Below, in pieces: positions 37,134 through 50,400 of a stretch of DNA of 64,000 nucleotides; position 1 is the stretch's first letter, and every line of letters starts with the position of its first letter. The translations under genes were made by a program, and so were the position numbers. Source of the stretch: Tubiluchus corallicola (lineage: Eukaryota; Animalia; Priapulida); contig JAQGDQ010000073.1 of the NCBI GenBank assembly GCA_030141605.1, forward strand, positions 650,261-714,260, read 5' to 3'. Under the pieces are notes generated by a model. The model ran no database searches. It was not told the origin of the DNA and saw only the letters and a list, made by a program, of their open reading frames with translations.

Positions 37134-40100
37134 AAGGCATAGCTCATTACATTTGTGAAAAATATAGTTACTTATATTTATAATCAGCATTCTGTCATCC
37201 GTGTGGGACTACAAAGTTATGGTCACTGGAACGTCTAACGCTGTTTTCGGTTAACTAATGCCACAACATTTATTTACCCGGTATTTAATATTTCTTCAAA
37301 AATTTGATCATTTTTTCCTAGAAACATATTGGAAATAATTATCTGCATTTCCTGTACTACGTGGATACTTTTCTGATGCCCGAGAAACTAACTTATTGAC
37401 TGACTTTTCTTTATGAAGCCAAACAGTAAAACACTGAGCACTAAACCTGGTAAACTGACTTTATCTTGGTAAGTTTCGCTGGCGGAAAGCCCAGCCAGTC
37501 ATCAAGCAGAGGTTGTGACTGGGCGAAATCTCTGGAGCATTAGACTGAATGAAATCCCATGTATTTATTGATCTGAAAATTATCTGCGCCTGTTTTATTC
37601 TGCGCCAACCGGTAGATTCGCCGATTTGTTGATACTAGAAGGACATTTGTTTGGTCATCAGATTACGTCTTCCTGACGCTACAGCATATATGCGCGTAGA
37701 TCTAGTCCCAATGTTGTCCTAATTAGTTGTTGTTGTTGTTGTAGTACCAGCATGATAGTATCATCGTCATTGTAACCATCATCATCATCATCATGACCAT
37801 CCTATTTGCAAGATTGAACGGGACATATCGTACATGTGTTTTACAAGTTACTGATTGTTCAGTTCATCTCATTGCCAGTGTGCTTCCAGAACCCCTGTGT
37901 TAAAAATTACACTATTTTGCTGGTTAGAAAGGGATTTTCTGCGCGGGTGCGCATTGCTTGTGTGAATGCCATATTTACCTGAGCTCATCCCATACCTGGG
38001 CAACCTGTAGTTAATCTTCGTGGTCCCTAACACTTGGTGACGTGCTCTTGTAAAAAAGTCAATACACGGCAAACACACCTGGGTCATTACGAAATGCGGA
38101 CAGGAAATGGTTTGTTGTGGACAGCGCTGGACAGGCTCATCTTCCCAGATGTTTATATTTAATTTATATAAGCTGATGTCGCTCATTTGAAATCTGGTTT
38201 ATAATGTATTTGATGTTTATACTACGTTGTGTTATTGGCATTAGTCTTTCATCATTTTGGATATGTAATTAAAACTGTTGTTAATTGGTGAATTATATTC
38301 GTTATTAAAATTCAAGACCATTAAATTAAACTCCTATTTTTGCCACAGTAATTATATTGATTTTTATAACAATGCATTGCTAATTAAAAATTTTTCTGCT
38401 CTTGAGCAATTTTTTGCCTATAGTATAAGTTACAGTTTGTCACTACAGGTAGGTGTGTGTCTTACTGCACGATCATTTGCTACGTTAAATTTTTCTCCCT
38501 AATTTAAAGATAGTATTTTTTCAGGGCGCTACACCCCTTAAAAAAGAAAGCTGTTATAATTGAGTTGGTGTTCACTTTAGATGTGCGCACGTTCTACACA
38601 AACTGAGCCAATTCAGGTTTTTGACTAAGTGACAAGTCATCCGTGTTTGGGGCTCCCGATAAGTGGCTCCAGTGCGAGAGCGCTGCTTTGAAGTATAAAA
38701 TATGTGTCCAGGAAGGCGCACGCGGTCCAGCGAAAAGGTCTGATATGCGTGAATGATTTGTGAAAAATTAGTTTTACGCCCAGCATAATTAATTACCTTT
38801 TATTCTGTTCCCCTAGTCATTTCCTGATGGTGTTCACGCGAGCTTTGTTTTAGCACGTTAGTTTTCGCGGGGGTGACATTGAATGTGGGGTCAAGTTTGA
38901 AATGCCACTGCACTCTCGAGCGAGATGTGACCACAGTGGGTACATAGTTACTAAACTAGATTCATATTGTCTGTTGCGGCGTTTTAACTGAAATTTAACT
39001 TTACAAGTCTAAGCATGGCCGAGCATTCCCGCTGGAATGTGGAAGGAAAGCCTGGCTGCCTTTTGTTTTGTTTTTATTGCTAAATATTCGTAGCAGTAGT
39101 ACAATCAGGAGTAGCAGTAGTGCAATCAGTTTGAAGTGAACACTTACGATATGAACTTAGCAGCGAAGTTATTATTACGAGAAATTCTGGCGCGCTTCTT
39201 GCCGTTGAATAAAAGAAGTTAAAGAACTATTACTTTCCAAACACTAGAACTTGAAAAACTGCCCTGGGGCAAAGCATGTTTTAGTTTAGTGTGCAAGTTT
39301 TTACCCTCCTCACTAACTCAACTGATTACAACTCTTGTGTCAGAGACATAATGCTCGAGTACGGTCCATACGTTACTAATTTGCGTAATTATAGTTATAT
39401 GATTATTGACTTGTGCTGTGAAATCAAGCGAGCGTTTATTTGAAGTGTGAACTTTACTTTCATTTATTAAACACAAAATAGTACCTAGTCTACTTTGTTA
39501 GACTTGTTGAAAGTAGGCTTCTTCAGTTCGTACTGAGAAGATTTTGATTGTAAAAGCTTTGTTGAAATGTTGTTGTAAGGCAGATTAGTTTGTGTCTCAG
39601 TTTGGTTGTGGTTCCCACTTCCCATCATGCATCTGCAGGACTGTCGTTAACTTCTGGGTGGCTCATTACACAAGATCTAAAGTCTAAAGCAATAAGTCTG
39701 TTTTACAGATTGTTTAAACATGTTCTCTTTCTCTTCCGTTGATCTTCTTGGAGTACTTTAGCCAAATCTTCAAGGCTTAGCTGGTGTCTCATGTTTTGCC
39801 AGATTTCCATCTACTAATCTCTGGGCTTGCATTGCTGGGACACGGCCCGGCCTGGAGTGCATTGGTTGTATTTACGTCTGGTTATATCAGGGAAGACGCT
39901 GATCCCGTGGTGTCTGGTTACTTCGTCTCTCTGATGCCCCTGCTGACCTCCTGACTGTCTTTGACCTCAACGGTTTGCTGAAATTTAACCGTTGAGGGCG
40001 TTGCCTATAAAACAGACTAGCAGTGTTTATTTATTTGTTCTTGCTGATAGGTTACTGTACAATAATTATTATTCCTGGAACCCTTTAGTTTCTTCTTATT

Positions 40101-40456
40101 TTTTGAGATGACAGAGGCTTCACTGTTTCTTGTTAAAGACCTCGAGGTTTTTCAAGTGAAGATTATTGCTAAATAGTTATGTGACTAAACGTTTCTTTCA
40201 TAAATTACGTTTTTTTGCGTCTCATTCATTTCTCACTTCTTTCTATCTTTTCTCTCTTCTGTCTATTTTCGTTCTTCCTTTCTTTCGTGTTTGTTCTCGT
40301 TCTGTTTTCGTTCCTCTCCCTTTCTGTGTTGTTCCCATTCTATCTTTATCTTTGCCAAAGCGTGGCTTTATACTTGCGAAGCCGACTAATGTCGTTGCGT
40401 GAGAAAACCCTATAAATAGTCTGTTTAATTTAAAAAAACGCAAAAGTTGTAGACAA

Positions 40457-40495
40457 TCAAACAAACAAACAAATAAGCAAGCAAGCAAGCAAACA
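40457..40495. repeat. (CAAA)n/(CAAG)n tetranucleotide repeat
   Basis: Read directly from the sequence. Confidence 0.8.
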
Positions 40496-43165
40496 ACAGC
40501 TCTTCCTTCCTGTCTGACGTAAACAATCAGTTACACACGCATTTCGTCTGATTACGTCGCTCAGCATAGCAGCAAATGATATAGCCATTAACCGGCAAAT
40601 CTTTCCTATCATTAAATGGGTGGTTTGTCTTCACAGTGCTATCAAATGATCATTTTTTCTGCCTTGAATGTTACAAAAGATTTCCGAGAGAACACACATC
40701 ACGCTTTGTTGTTTTGCAAAGGTTTAGGATTCGCGCGGAAATTTCACCCTTTGATAGCTTGATGTTGAGATACAGCATGAGCTCTCAGTTCTACGATGAA
40801 CCAGAGAACTGAGAGAAGTGTGAGTTATTTGAGCATAGAACTGTGCTATTATATCACCTGCTAGATTACATGAAAACTAAGTTGGACAAGAAGATTCTGC
40901 TGTGAAGCAGACGCTTAATTAACGTTTTAATTACTTACAGAAGTGTCTGATGACAGTCACTGTGGCATTGGTCAATTTCATAAAGTTTTGTTTGTACAAT
41001 AACAAAAAATTAACTAGAAATGGTCTAACTGTATTACTTGTATGTCTTGAGCCCAAAAAACTGCCGATGGTACTCTAGAACTAAGAGCATTTGCATCTTA
41101 CAAGTAAATTTGGTTTTGAACAACCTACTGCCACCACAACCCACCAGAAACCCATTTCAAACAGTTGTTTGATACTTTAAATGAACTTATTGTTAGTGAA
41201 ATAGAAAATTAATCTAGCTTACCAAGCTTATGTTGGTCCTTTTAACGTAATGCTGGCATAAATAACTTAGAGAAATACATTTAAATTTATTTATTCCCTA
41301 TACAACGAAAAATGTAAAAATTAAAAAACAAAATCCAATGGTACTATAGGTGAAAAAAACGCAATGCACCTAGCCTATGGTTGTGACCTATTGCACAGTA
41401 ATCATACGCTTTCGCAAATAGGCCCGGTGACGGTCTATTTAATTAATCCTATTAATCCGCACACGGCCACTCTGTCATTCATCGCCAGTTCTTTGTGCCC
41501 AAGACAAATTTATTCATTCAATGCTGACATGTGGCAGTTTCTAGCAAAATTAAATTACACTGCTGGCTTAATCTAATGTGCATAGTGCCGAGTTTCATGG
41601 GTGCATATAATCAACTCATTGAACTCGATCTGATTGCGTAGTCTAATTTTGTAATTAAAAACTATAATTAGGTTTATTAACAGACTTCATACAACGCCTT
41701 TGTTTTTTTTTGCTGGGTGGCTGCGATGGCTATTGCTTCCCTGCAAATCTATTAAATCAATATAAAAAAAGATTTTTCTTTCGCCAGTTGAGCCTGGCTG
41801 TCATTCTATTCTGAACGCCCGGTTTCGACTAACACTATAACTCTTTTTCTCAAAAGTCCTTACACGTAGAATTGAAGGATTAGGTTAGGACGAGTCCAGC
41901 CGAAACGTATCACAGTAATCTAGTGGACTTTTCATTGATTAGGTTGAGTTGAGCAGCGGTGTGTTTAGTCTCTCTTCAGTAGTAGGTTTGACTTTGAGAA
42001 TTACTATGCGACCTTGGCTGGTTTACTCGCCAACAATAGCCAGCCATTAAGCTACGATATTTCACCATTTTGACGTGGCTATTCAACATTTGTGGACTAG
42101 ATCTGTTGTCGGGAACACTGGTTTCGAGGTAGCTAATTTATGAGGTAAAGACATGCATGCTGTACCCGCGCAATTTAAACATATTTCTTGACCAGGTGGT
42201 TAAGCCCTTGGAGGTCCCTAATGCAGGCCTGCTTTTTAGCCAGCAATTTGGTCCGCAGCGAGGAGGGTGGCGCGTAATGCACTAGACCAGCACTCATGTG
42301 TTGTGGCCGCTGTAAGTCACCTGATAAGAATCCAAACTTGTTCTATCAAAAGCATCAAAAAGCGTTATCTTATCTTATCTTATCCGTCTTGTTTGGTGGC
42401 TCTCTTATTAAGTCCGCATTTATGAAATAGCTGATTCATTTGACTAATTGCATTGCTGCTTCATTAGGCCCCCATGCACACTGTCTGCTGAGTTTGAGTG
42501 GGCACACGTCATGGGTGGGGATGTGGGAGGGGCTATGATTGTCCCGCGTTTTCGTTTCCTGGTGCGAAGGTCTTAATTTGGTAATGTTCAAGTACCGTTG
42601 ATGGGTGCTGCAAGCATCTGTTACTCATAGTTCCTAAATAAAATTTATAGCTCCTGCATTCAGTATTAGAAATGTAAGATGCGTATTTAAATGAACATTT
42701 CATAATCAGAATTTATACTTACGCAAAGCGCTGATTGTATTGCTTATATTTAGTCAGTATTATGCGAAATGGCGAGGCTGATCTGTTTGTTTTAACTGTC
42801 TTTATTTACATGAAAAGGTGTAATGTGATCGTCAAAAAAGACAAATAAATAAATAAGATAAATAATTGAAAAAATTAAAACACCTCGTTGTTGATAAAAC
42901 GTAAGACACAAAAGCTTTTTAAGATCGCCATTTTGTATAGTTGGAAAACGATGATGTGTCACTGATTTTGTTCTATTGCTACTATCCAGGTTGTAACCAG
43001 TCTACAGTGTTGTTTTACTTTAATCTAGTTACATCATTTCTTTTTATAACACCATTCGTTTATTGTTTCTATAAGTCAACTTATGGTCTGTAGGTGTAGT
43101 CTGTAAGTCTATAAGCTTTCGATAAGTTACAGTTATCACTCCGATAACAGTTTTATCCATTTTTG

Positions 43166-43166
<1 letters not shown>

Positions 43167-43226
<60 letters not shown>
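43167..43226. repeat. (TC)n microsatellite
   Basis: Read directly from the sequence. Confidence 0.96.
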
Positions 43227-43227
<1 letters not shown>

Positions 43228-46200
43228 ACTAGTGTGTAATAAATGCACTTTGAACTTTGTTAATTTCTACTCACTTTAATCACTTATGTCACCTCCCGGA
43301 TAATGGTGTGACATGTTCACGTAGATTTCACTTCCATTTGCCAACTCTTCTAGACTATCGTACTACGTATAATCCATTCGCAGTGGCTTTATTCCTCTTT
43401 AGTTGTCACACCTCAGCGTAATGGTGTGATCCATTCTGGCTGGCTTCCTCCTTGTCAGTGCATGTGATGGATGACCACAGAAGCCAAACTTAGTGACTGA
43501 GGATGTTGTGGAATTTTGGGCATTTATCAAATTGTTTTGACATCACTGTGTTATCGTAAAAAACACACAGATTGTTAACTTTGATTGCTGAAATGAATGA
43601 AATCACTGATTTGTGTTATCAGTGCTTTAATCACTAGTAATTGTGACTTGTTCAATGTAATATGGGAACGAGGAGTTAAGTTTAAGAATTAGTGAGCAAT
43701 ATTAAGTTGAGCATAGCTGTACTGTCTATTAAATAGATAAGTTAACTCTTAAACTTAAAATACTTACCCAGGTTTTCCCATGAATGTAGTATGGTACTTT
43801 TGTTCTTTTTTAAATAAATACTCTACGCGAAAAAGTTGTTTAAGATACAGCTTTTTCGACAGGATTAGTTTCAAAGCAACGTATTACGACTGCAAAGTTT
43901 CTAGAAAAATGTTTACTGAAGGAACTTGAAAAGAAAAGCTCTACAACTTCATGTATAAAGGTAATGCTTTTGATTGATAGCTTTACTGTTTATAACATTG
44001 TGTAAAGCTCTGTTTTATTCATCGTATTGGATCATTCAACGACAGCCCGACAAGCAGGCCCGAATTTATATTATGCTAATATGTAAGTAAGTTAATACAA
44101 TACTTAAAAAGACGACATACAAAACAAGTGTTATGTGATGCGTAAACTGCGTAATTGCTATCGTGATATTTTAGTAACGTAAATAAATTAGCAACTCTTA
44201 TAATTGACGCCAAATGTTTTTTACTCAGCCTTTTGTGCGTTAATTAAAACATTGAGCACTACTTTTGGATCTGTCCTCAAACTCATTTTTGGATGCGCCC
44301 CCAAAGTTGCTAGGGAAACGTAGAGTAAACTCATATCCGTCGCTCATCTGAGTTTGCATGTTTACCGTCATTAATTAAATATTCATTTGACGGCCAGCTG
44401 ATCCCTGTTCAACAAGAAGCCATAGGCACACCAGCAGAGGTAAAGAGTTAAGGCGAAGGAAATGCATTTTTGGTTTAGATGAAGCCATGCTTGATGCGAT
44501 TTTAAATTCGTCTTTGATACTGGGCTTCGCTTGGCATTAGCTTGCGGAAAAGATGCAGATGATAGCAGGCGTATTTGCGTAAACTGCAAGAACTAAAGAG
44601 TTAACTAAGTTCTCCAGTGTTTGTAATCTGAAACGTATTACTTGTTTAGCACAAACCGGGTATTCGTGTCGTGTAACCGGGTCGTCATGTATAATTTTCC
44701 GGATATGTTAGAGGCCAGTAATTCTTTGTAAGGGTTTGCTGATCTTTTTAATGGCTGTTTAGTTCGCCAAAATAAGATGTCCTTAGTGAAAGCTAGCTAT
44801 AAATATCTGTAGGTTAAGTATTCATATTTTTGTTAGAACAGTCATAATGGGTTGTAAAACTTGTTTCAGATTCACTCTTTTAATGACAGACGCATTTTTT
44901 ATTGATTTAGCAATCATCACTGATGAATTTTTTGATCGCTAAACTCTAGCATTTTAATATTATTGATTTTTATAAGAAAAACAATTATTAGTTCTATTGC
45001 ACGGTATTATAGTTGGGTGAGATTAAAATTACACTTTCAAATTTTATGCATGACAAATTATAGATTTTTGGATTGAATTGCTGAAATATTGGAAATTATT
45101 GATTTTTTATTGAAAAGCGCAAATTCTGGGAATCCACCATTCCATCTAGTATTCCACCATATTTGGCCACAAGTGCCTCATTGTCCTGTGGCCACCTCTT
45201 TAACAACCACAGCCACTGCTTCATCATCCGAATCTCAGCTTCTCTCACTCCCCTTTTCCATTCAGCATCGGGCAATAAACAACTGTTGGTTCATAAAAGA
45301 GAGTCGTACAATGAACGAAGGGGCGGCCGGGTAGCGCCTCTTTTGATTAATTATGCCTTGTTAAATGCACGAATTACTTTCACGACCGCACAACGGCTGT
45401 GACGGACGCCAGAATTACGGGCTTTCCTTAAAATATTGCTTCTCGCAGCATATGTACACATCATGGGCCTCGTGTTATGGGAAGCTTTCCTAATGCAGTT
45501 GCAATTGTAGGCGTAATTTTTTGACATACCGAGAAAATTGCCGAGAAGTGATCTGTTCTGGAGATGAAAGCTTGCAGACGATTACAAACTAGTTGTTTTG
45601 ATGCTTTCGATGAAACTCTATTGTTGCTGTCTCTCTGCGAATTTACGCTCAGGCCTTTTTAGAAGAAAATGTGTTTTATTCCTGTTACTCCAGTGATTCG
45701 CATCCGCAAGTGAATTTGTTCAGTTTAATTTAATGACATTTAGTAGTAATTAATGTCGTAACATCGCCACCCTTTCATTTCTTGAATCGCCCAGACTCTA
45801 GCAGACGGACTGGCTTATTGACCACTGTATTGATATAAACTACTAATCCTAATTTATACAACGGTGCAATAGCCTAATTACGAGCGGATAGGTAATTACA
45901 AGATTACAAAGCTGCCTAATTGCTGCTGGACTATAATCGGTTGTTTGTATACAGAAGTGTGTTTGTTGAATAAACTCAAATTGTTTGTAGAGAAGATAGT
46001 CTGAAATTGTAGTATAATTGTATCTGTTGTGTAAACTATAAACTATTCAAACACTTTTTTTCACAATAGACATACATATTGGCGCGTTTGTACCATTTGT
46101 TTTTATAATTCATTCCAAATAACGCCAGAGAGGCGACTCGATGTAAGTAGAAAAGCAAAAATATGAATACATGTCGAGAAAAGTAGAATTTTTATGATTA

Positions 46201-47423
46201 GTTTACTAATTATATGAGGTATTTGTTTATAATGTTTTAGCAATTGAGTTAACAGAAAAATAATCTCTAATTATCTTGTAGAGACTCTAGTTTTGTAACC
46301 ACCTGCCATGCTTATAAGAATGTTCAGACAAAAATGTGAAAAGCTGGAGCTAGACGAATACTGTCTGAGCAAAGTGTTAGCGTTTAGGAACCCGCGTCGG
46401 TAAATCCTGAAAGAACCCCTTCCCTCATAGAAATAGCGCCAAAGAGACTTAATATAAAAATTTTCTGACCTTCAATGAGCAAGAAACTGCTGGTTGGCCT
46501 CATATTACGCTGGATTAGTTTGCCAACACGATTTCGTACAGTAATGTTGAGTTTTGGGGCTTACTTTTGCAATCGTTGAATTACTGTTTTACATTAATAT
46601 GTCTTTTCATTATCATCTTCAAATGTAAATTATCGTAATTTTTGACTTTTAACCTTGTTAATATTTTCAAAACTTATCCTCATTTTTTTATTTTTTGTCT
46701 ATTTATTTTTGCACACTAGTGTATAATTCTTGTTTTTTATATGCAACTCTCTCAAGTATCTTTTGGTGTACAGAAGGTGTCTTCGATTGTCATCTGTCTT
46801 TTTAGATCTGGCTCGTACTCATTCATGGTTGTAGTTGTCGTCGTTGTCGGCTTGGGAATTTAAAAATTCAGTTAATTCGATGCATACTACTTTCTGCCAG
46901 AGGCTTCCTGCTTCTGTTTAAAATCATGCTTTTATAGCCCATAATATAAACGCGTTTATTTATTTCCTATAATGTTTCCAGCGCAGATGTTACCGCTTGT
47001 ATGTGAATCGTTGACCAGAGCTACTTGAGATTTTTTGGCCAACGACGCTGCTTTCGCCGTATGAGGTCTGTGGGCTAATCGTTAAATCGCATCCAATTAG
47101 ACCTTGATGTCCAATGAATAGGCTATTTTAGTATTTAGTCGTCTTTATAGTTTTCACAATAGTAGTTTATTTGTTTTGAAAATTCTAGATTTTTCCTTAA
47201 AAATTTTGTTACCATAATTAGTAGTAATCGTAAATAAAACTTGTGGTTATTGTTTGGCAGTTTTGTTATTTTGAGATTAGCTACCAGTAAATAAAATGCC
47301 TAGTTTTAAAACGTTATGCGCAATTAAAAAAACGTTTAAATCTAGTTGAAAGGCGTATAATGTATTTAGAATCCAACATCCAAGCGCAAGAAAGCAATAC
47401 TAAATTAGAAAATCTGAAAATTT

Positions 47424-47499
47424 CTGCACTTCACTGGGATTCGAACTCGAGACCGTCTGCTTTACGGGCAGCTAGGCAAACCATAACACACAGTGAACC
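47424..47499 (-). mobile_element. tRNA-derived SINE head or tRNA pseudogene
   Basis: The minus strand reads GGTTCACTGTGTGTTATGGTTTGCCTAGCTGCCCGTAAAGCAGACGGTCTCGAGTTCGAATCCCAGTGAAGTGCAG. It has an A-box-like TGTGTTATGG, B box GAGTTCGAATCC, and a CTGC/GCAG stem with a 7-nt loop. The D arm is poor. Confidence 0.6.
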
Positions 47500-50400
47500 T
47501 GATTTTTTATTAAGCACTTGATTAATCTCGCCCATACTTTAATTGCAAGGTCATGTTCAAGTTCTGACTAGTTTCTACTTTTGAGTTTCTTTATGTTCAA
47601 CTAGTTATCCGCTATACTAATTTCTGTTTAATATAAACTCTTGGATTTATTAATTCTCTCTTATCCTATGTGTGTCAAATAAAATTCGTTATTATTGTTG
47701 GAATTGGCACATACTTTTGATTAATGCTTTCACATATTCATTTTATCAATTTTGTTTGCTCTAGCAAATCTCATCCCATGCCTCCCATACCCTTAGAGTT
47801 AAAAAATTGCAACGTCATTCAAACCATCAATTTAAGTAAGGTGACTTGAAAGTAGTTCCGATGAAAGGACGGCGGGTTATCTTTTCAGGATTATTCGCCA
47901 CCTCTTTTGTGATGTCCTTCTTCAGATTAAGTATCCCCACAGTACATTAATGGATTTGATGTAACAGTAGTACATGAAGTTAAAATTATTGCTTTAACAA
48001 TCTTGTTCGGGGGCGCAAAAGTCACACATTTTCCGGTTTATTTTCGATGAAATGACTATGATCTGTTTTACAACCCTAGCGTGAAGTAGGCTGTATATTA
48101 CGACTGTTGGCATGAGTGCGGATCTACTAATAGGGCGGTTAGGTGAATAACTGAAATTTACCCAGCAAGGGCAACGTGTGAAGTTGCGTATGTGACAGCT
48201 TATGTCATTTGGTTATAGTAGCCCATCTGAACTTTCTTCTCTTACTGCTTTGCTCATTTAAGAAGCGTGCACTGGTTGTCTCTTTTTCAAATTCAGCCCG
48301 CTGACGCAAAATTTCATTGAAACCCATTTTATGTACATTGCTAAATTATCAGGCTCAATCAATTGATTAACCTGGGTTCATTTGATCAGCTGCTCAGTGC
48401 TTGGTTGCCGTAGTGACACTGTTGCCCGGGCAACGTCAACCGTGATCTTGTAACCCTTTACCTAACCCTCACGTTGTAACTGGTTGACAATGTCAATGGT
48501 ACATTCATTGACAGCACTGTGGTTTTGACTGGCTTCCACGAGTATATTTTTTTATATTGTTCATCTGTGAGTTCAAAACTGGACAATGTTAATTTAGTGC
48601 GTTTTCGTGTTGCATCCGCTGTCTCTGTTATGCAGCATCTGTCGTCCTTTCACGTTTTGAGTTTAAGGCAGTTATATCTGAACCACTTGGGTAGCCTTGA
48701 AATTTTTGGTGTGGGTAACTTTGGGACAAGATGATAGTCAAGGTCAAAGGTCATTCCGAGTGGCTCTCCTGAACAGGGTTAATAGCTATGATAGATATAA
48801 TGGGAGGCTCCTACACCTCAGTGTGAGGAATTACACCATCACCTACTGACAACCCAACATAGACAAAAAGAATTTTACTTCCTACCCCAAGGTGTAGAGA
48901 GGGCGGATCTAAGATGCTGCCAGGTGTACTAGTAGAATACGAGTCAGCTCAGTATTCTCAAACCCAATATATAATATATTCTTCTATAGTAGCATATTTG
49001 TATGCACGTATGTGGTTGTGTTAATGGCAACATGTCAAATTATAATAATAGCTTCTTGAGAGAACGGCAGCTGTAATGAAATGTTTGATAAATAAGGATG
49101 ATTTTATGTCAAATGTCACGGTTCTCAATATCTCAAAATACGAGCCAGGGGACACAGGCGATTGTCATCGAAGCTGTGTTTTTTATCTTGTGTTCACTTT
49201 CAGTTTCTTTTACCATTCTCCAGCACTTCTGCCTGTGTGTTCTTCCTCACTTCTTTCCCGGTTTGTCTTTATCCAACCCAAGTTAGTACAGCTTAGGGGT
49301 AACATTGTCCCAAGCTTGCTTGTGACTTTTGACCTTGCACAGCGTTCGTACTGCGCCGCACGGCTTCCGGCGCGTGACTGGCCGTTGCTTCCCCACCTGG
49401 GCACGTTTCTCTGCTAAATCTTAGCGCAATTACTTCTACTTGTTCCTGTTGTTGCTCTAATCTGCCAAAATACCAGCTTCCCTGCACACTCATTAGAGGG
49501 TGCTGAAATGAGGGGGCGGGGCAGGCAGACGTGCCTTCCTTTCATTGTAATCAGAATAGAGACGACGTGTTGGGAAGAAAAAGAGGTTCTGGAAAAGTGG
49601 TTTTCAAGAAATGTGATTACCGTGGTTTGTGAATCGAAATATGTAACAATTAAAAGAGAAAGGTTAGATCATACATCCACTACATTTAAATTGTTCATTG
49701 AAGTAAAATTAGTTGGTTATAAATAGCCCAAATTGTTAAATCAGAATTTAAAAGATGGAATTTAAAACGGCGATGCAGTACCGTTTTACCAGATGGCGCG
49801 AATGTTTTAAATTAAGAATTTTCTTTGCCAATTACATAAGTCTTTCAAACAGGTAAGCATAATTCTAAGTAATTTAACTTTGTATGATATAATTTTCCTT
49901 TTCTCCCCTTTAGTATAAGCAAATAGAGTATCAGCCTCGTAAACTTGACATCTTATACTCCAGAAAAACTTTCAATGCGCAGCAGCAGCAAAATACAAGA
50001 CACATTATTATCATAACCATGAGAAATTCAAGAATCTTCAAGCTGATAACTTCAGCAATTAGAAATTTCGCCAACTCGTAATTTTATGAATTCATTTCAT
50101 TTTCAGATTAATATTACACCACTCTCCCGGAATTATTATATATAACCCGAGCGTTATTTTTCATGGCTTTATTAATGGTGTTGGCATTTTAAGTGGATTG
50201 AAAATTTTAATTCGTTCAGGTTCGTTTCGTGCGTTCCGGAAAATGCTTCATTTATATACCTTCCTTTCATTCAAAAACACAGGCGTGGTTCGCACGTACT
50301 TTAAATACTTTTACGTAGCTACAAGGCGGGATTAGTAGTGTAATTTTAAGATGCATATGTAGTGGCTTTGAGTACCAAAGCTATCTACTGGCACTGTCTA

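Noticed and set aside
41860-41910. Hammerhead-like GACGAGTCCAGCCGAAAC
   Set aside because: It lacks the CUGA core and no convincing stems could be formed.
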